Source: the human T2T-CHM13v2.0 reference genome, Homo sapiens
Direction: 5' to 3' (one strand)
Assembly (NCBI RefSeq): GCF_009914755.1
Contig: NC_060940.1
Length of the DNA stretch: 64,000 bases
Of this stretch, positions 63,730-64,000 are shown in pieces; the first letter of the stretch is position 1; each line of letters begins with the position of its first letter. Both the position numbers and the translations under genes were made by a program. Below the pieces are notes generated by a model. The model did not search any database and had not been told where the DNA came from. It saw only the letters and a list, made by a program, of their open reading frames with translations.

Positions 63730-63967
63730 GCCAAAGCTTGGAGGAAGAATAGGACTTGGCTCAGAAACATTTATTATAGGAGCATAGAATACAAAAATGT
63801 GATTTTATGTAGCTTTTGCCTGTGGGGCATTGAACTTCTGAAGAGGCAGCTTTAAGAATACTTGAGTACTTCCAGTGTATTCTTCTTAAGTTTAATTTTT
63901 GTCTAAGTAACCAGCAAGACATCTTTTCTTTAGGATGTGAAAGGGTTCAGGTGTGGTCTTATTTCCT

Positions 63968-64000
63968 TTTCTCTGAGATGGAGTCTTGCTCTGTCGCCCA
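63968..64000 (-). mobile_element. 3' end of an antisense Alu, cut by the window edge
   Basis: tgagatggagtcttgctctgtcgccca. Confidence 0.85.

Overview
Primate (almost certainly human) genomic DNA from inside the WWP2 gene (NEDD4-family HECT E3 ubiquitin ligase; 16q22.1 in human), + strand. The window holds four internal coding exons (conventionally exons 5-8: 2650-2787, 4548-4644, 34347-34474, 50583-50793). They splice in frame through GT-AG junctions and encode the end of the C2 domain, the Ser/Thr/Pro-rich linker and the start of WW1 (...DALPAG). Everything else is intron, densely filled with Alu (about 70 copies or fragments, many with target-site duplications), L1, L2, L3, MIR, MaLR/ERV1 LTRs, a split MER58A and a near full-length Tigger1. 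Almost all ORFs in the supplied track are Alu/L1 artefacts. I see no prokaryote-type system (CRISPR, defence island, operon) and nothing I can claim as a demonstrated new system. The best leads are hypotheses: exon phases allowing stop-less circular RNAs with an in-frame AUG, two possible internal first exons giving C2-less WWP2, a possible truncating exon before WW1, recursive-splice-like sites, a perfect CNC-sMaf element beside an ETS site, and several unusual transposon architectures. Repeat family names come from recalled consensus sequences and repeat boundaries are approximate (about 10-30 bp); exon boundaries were read base by base.
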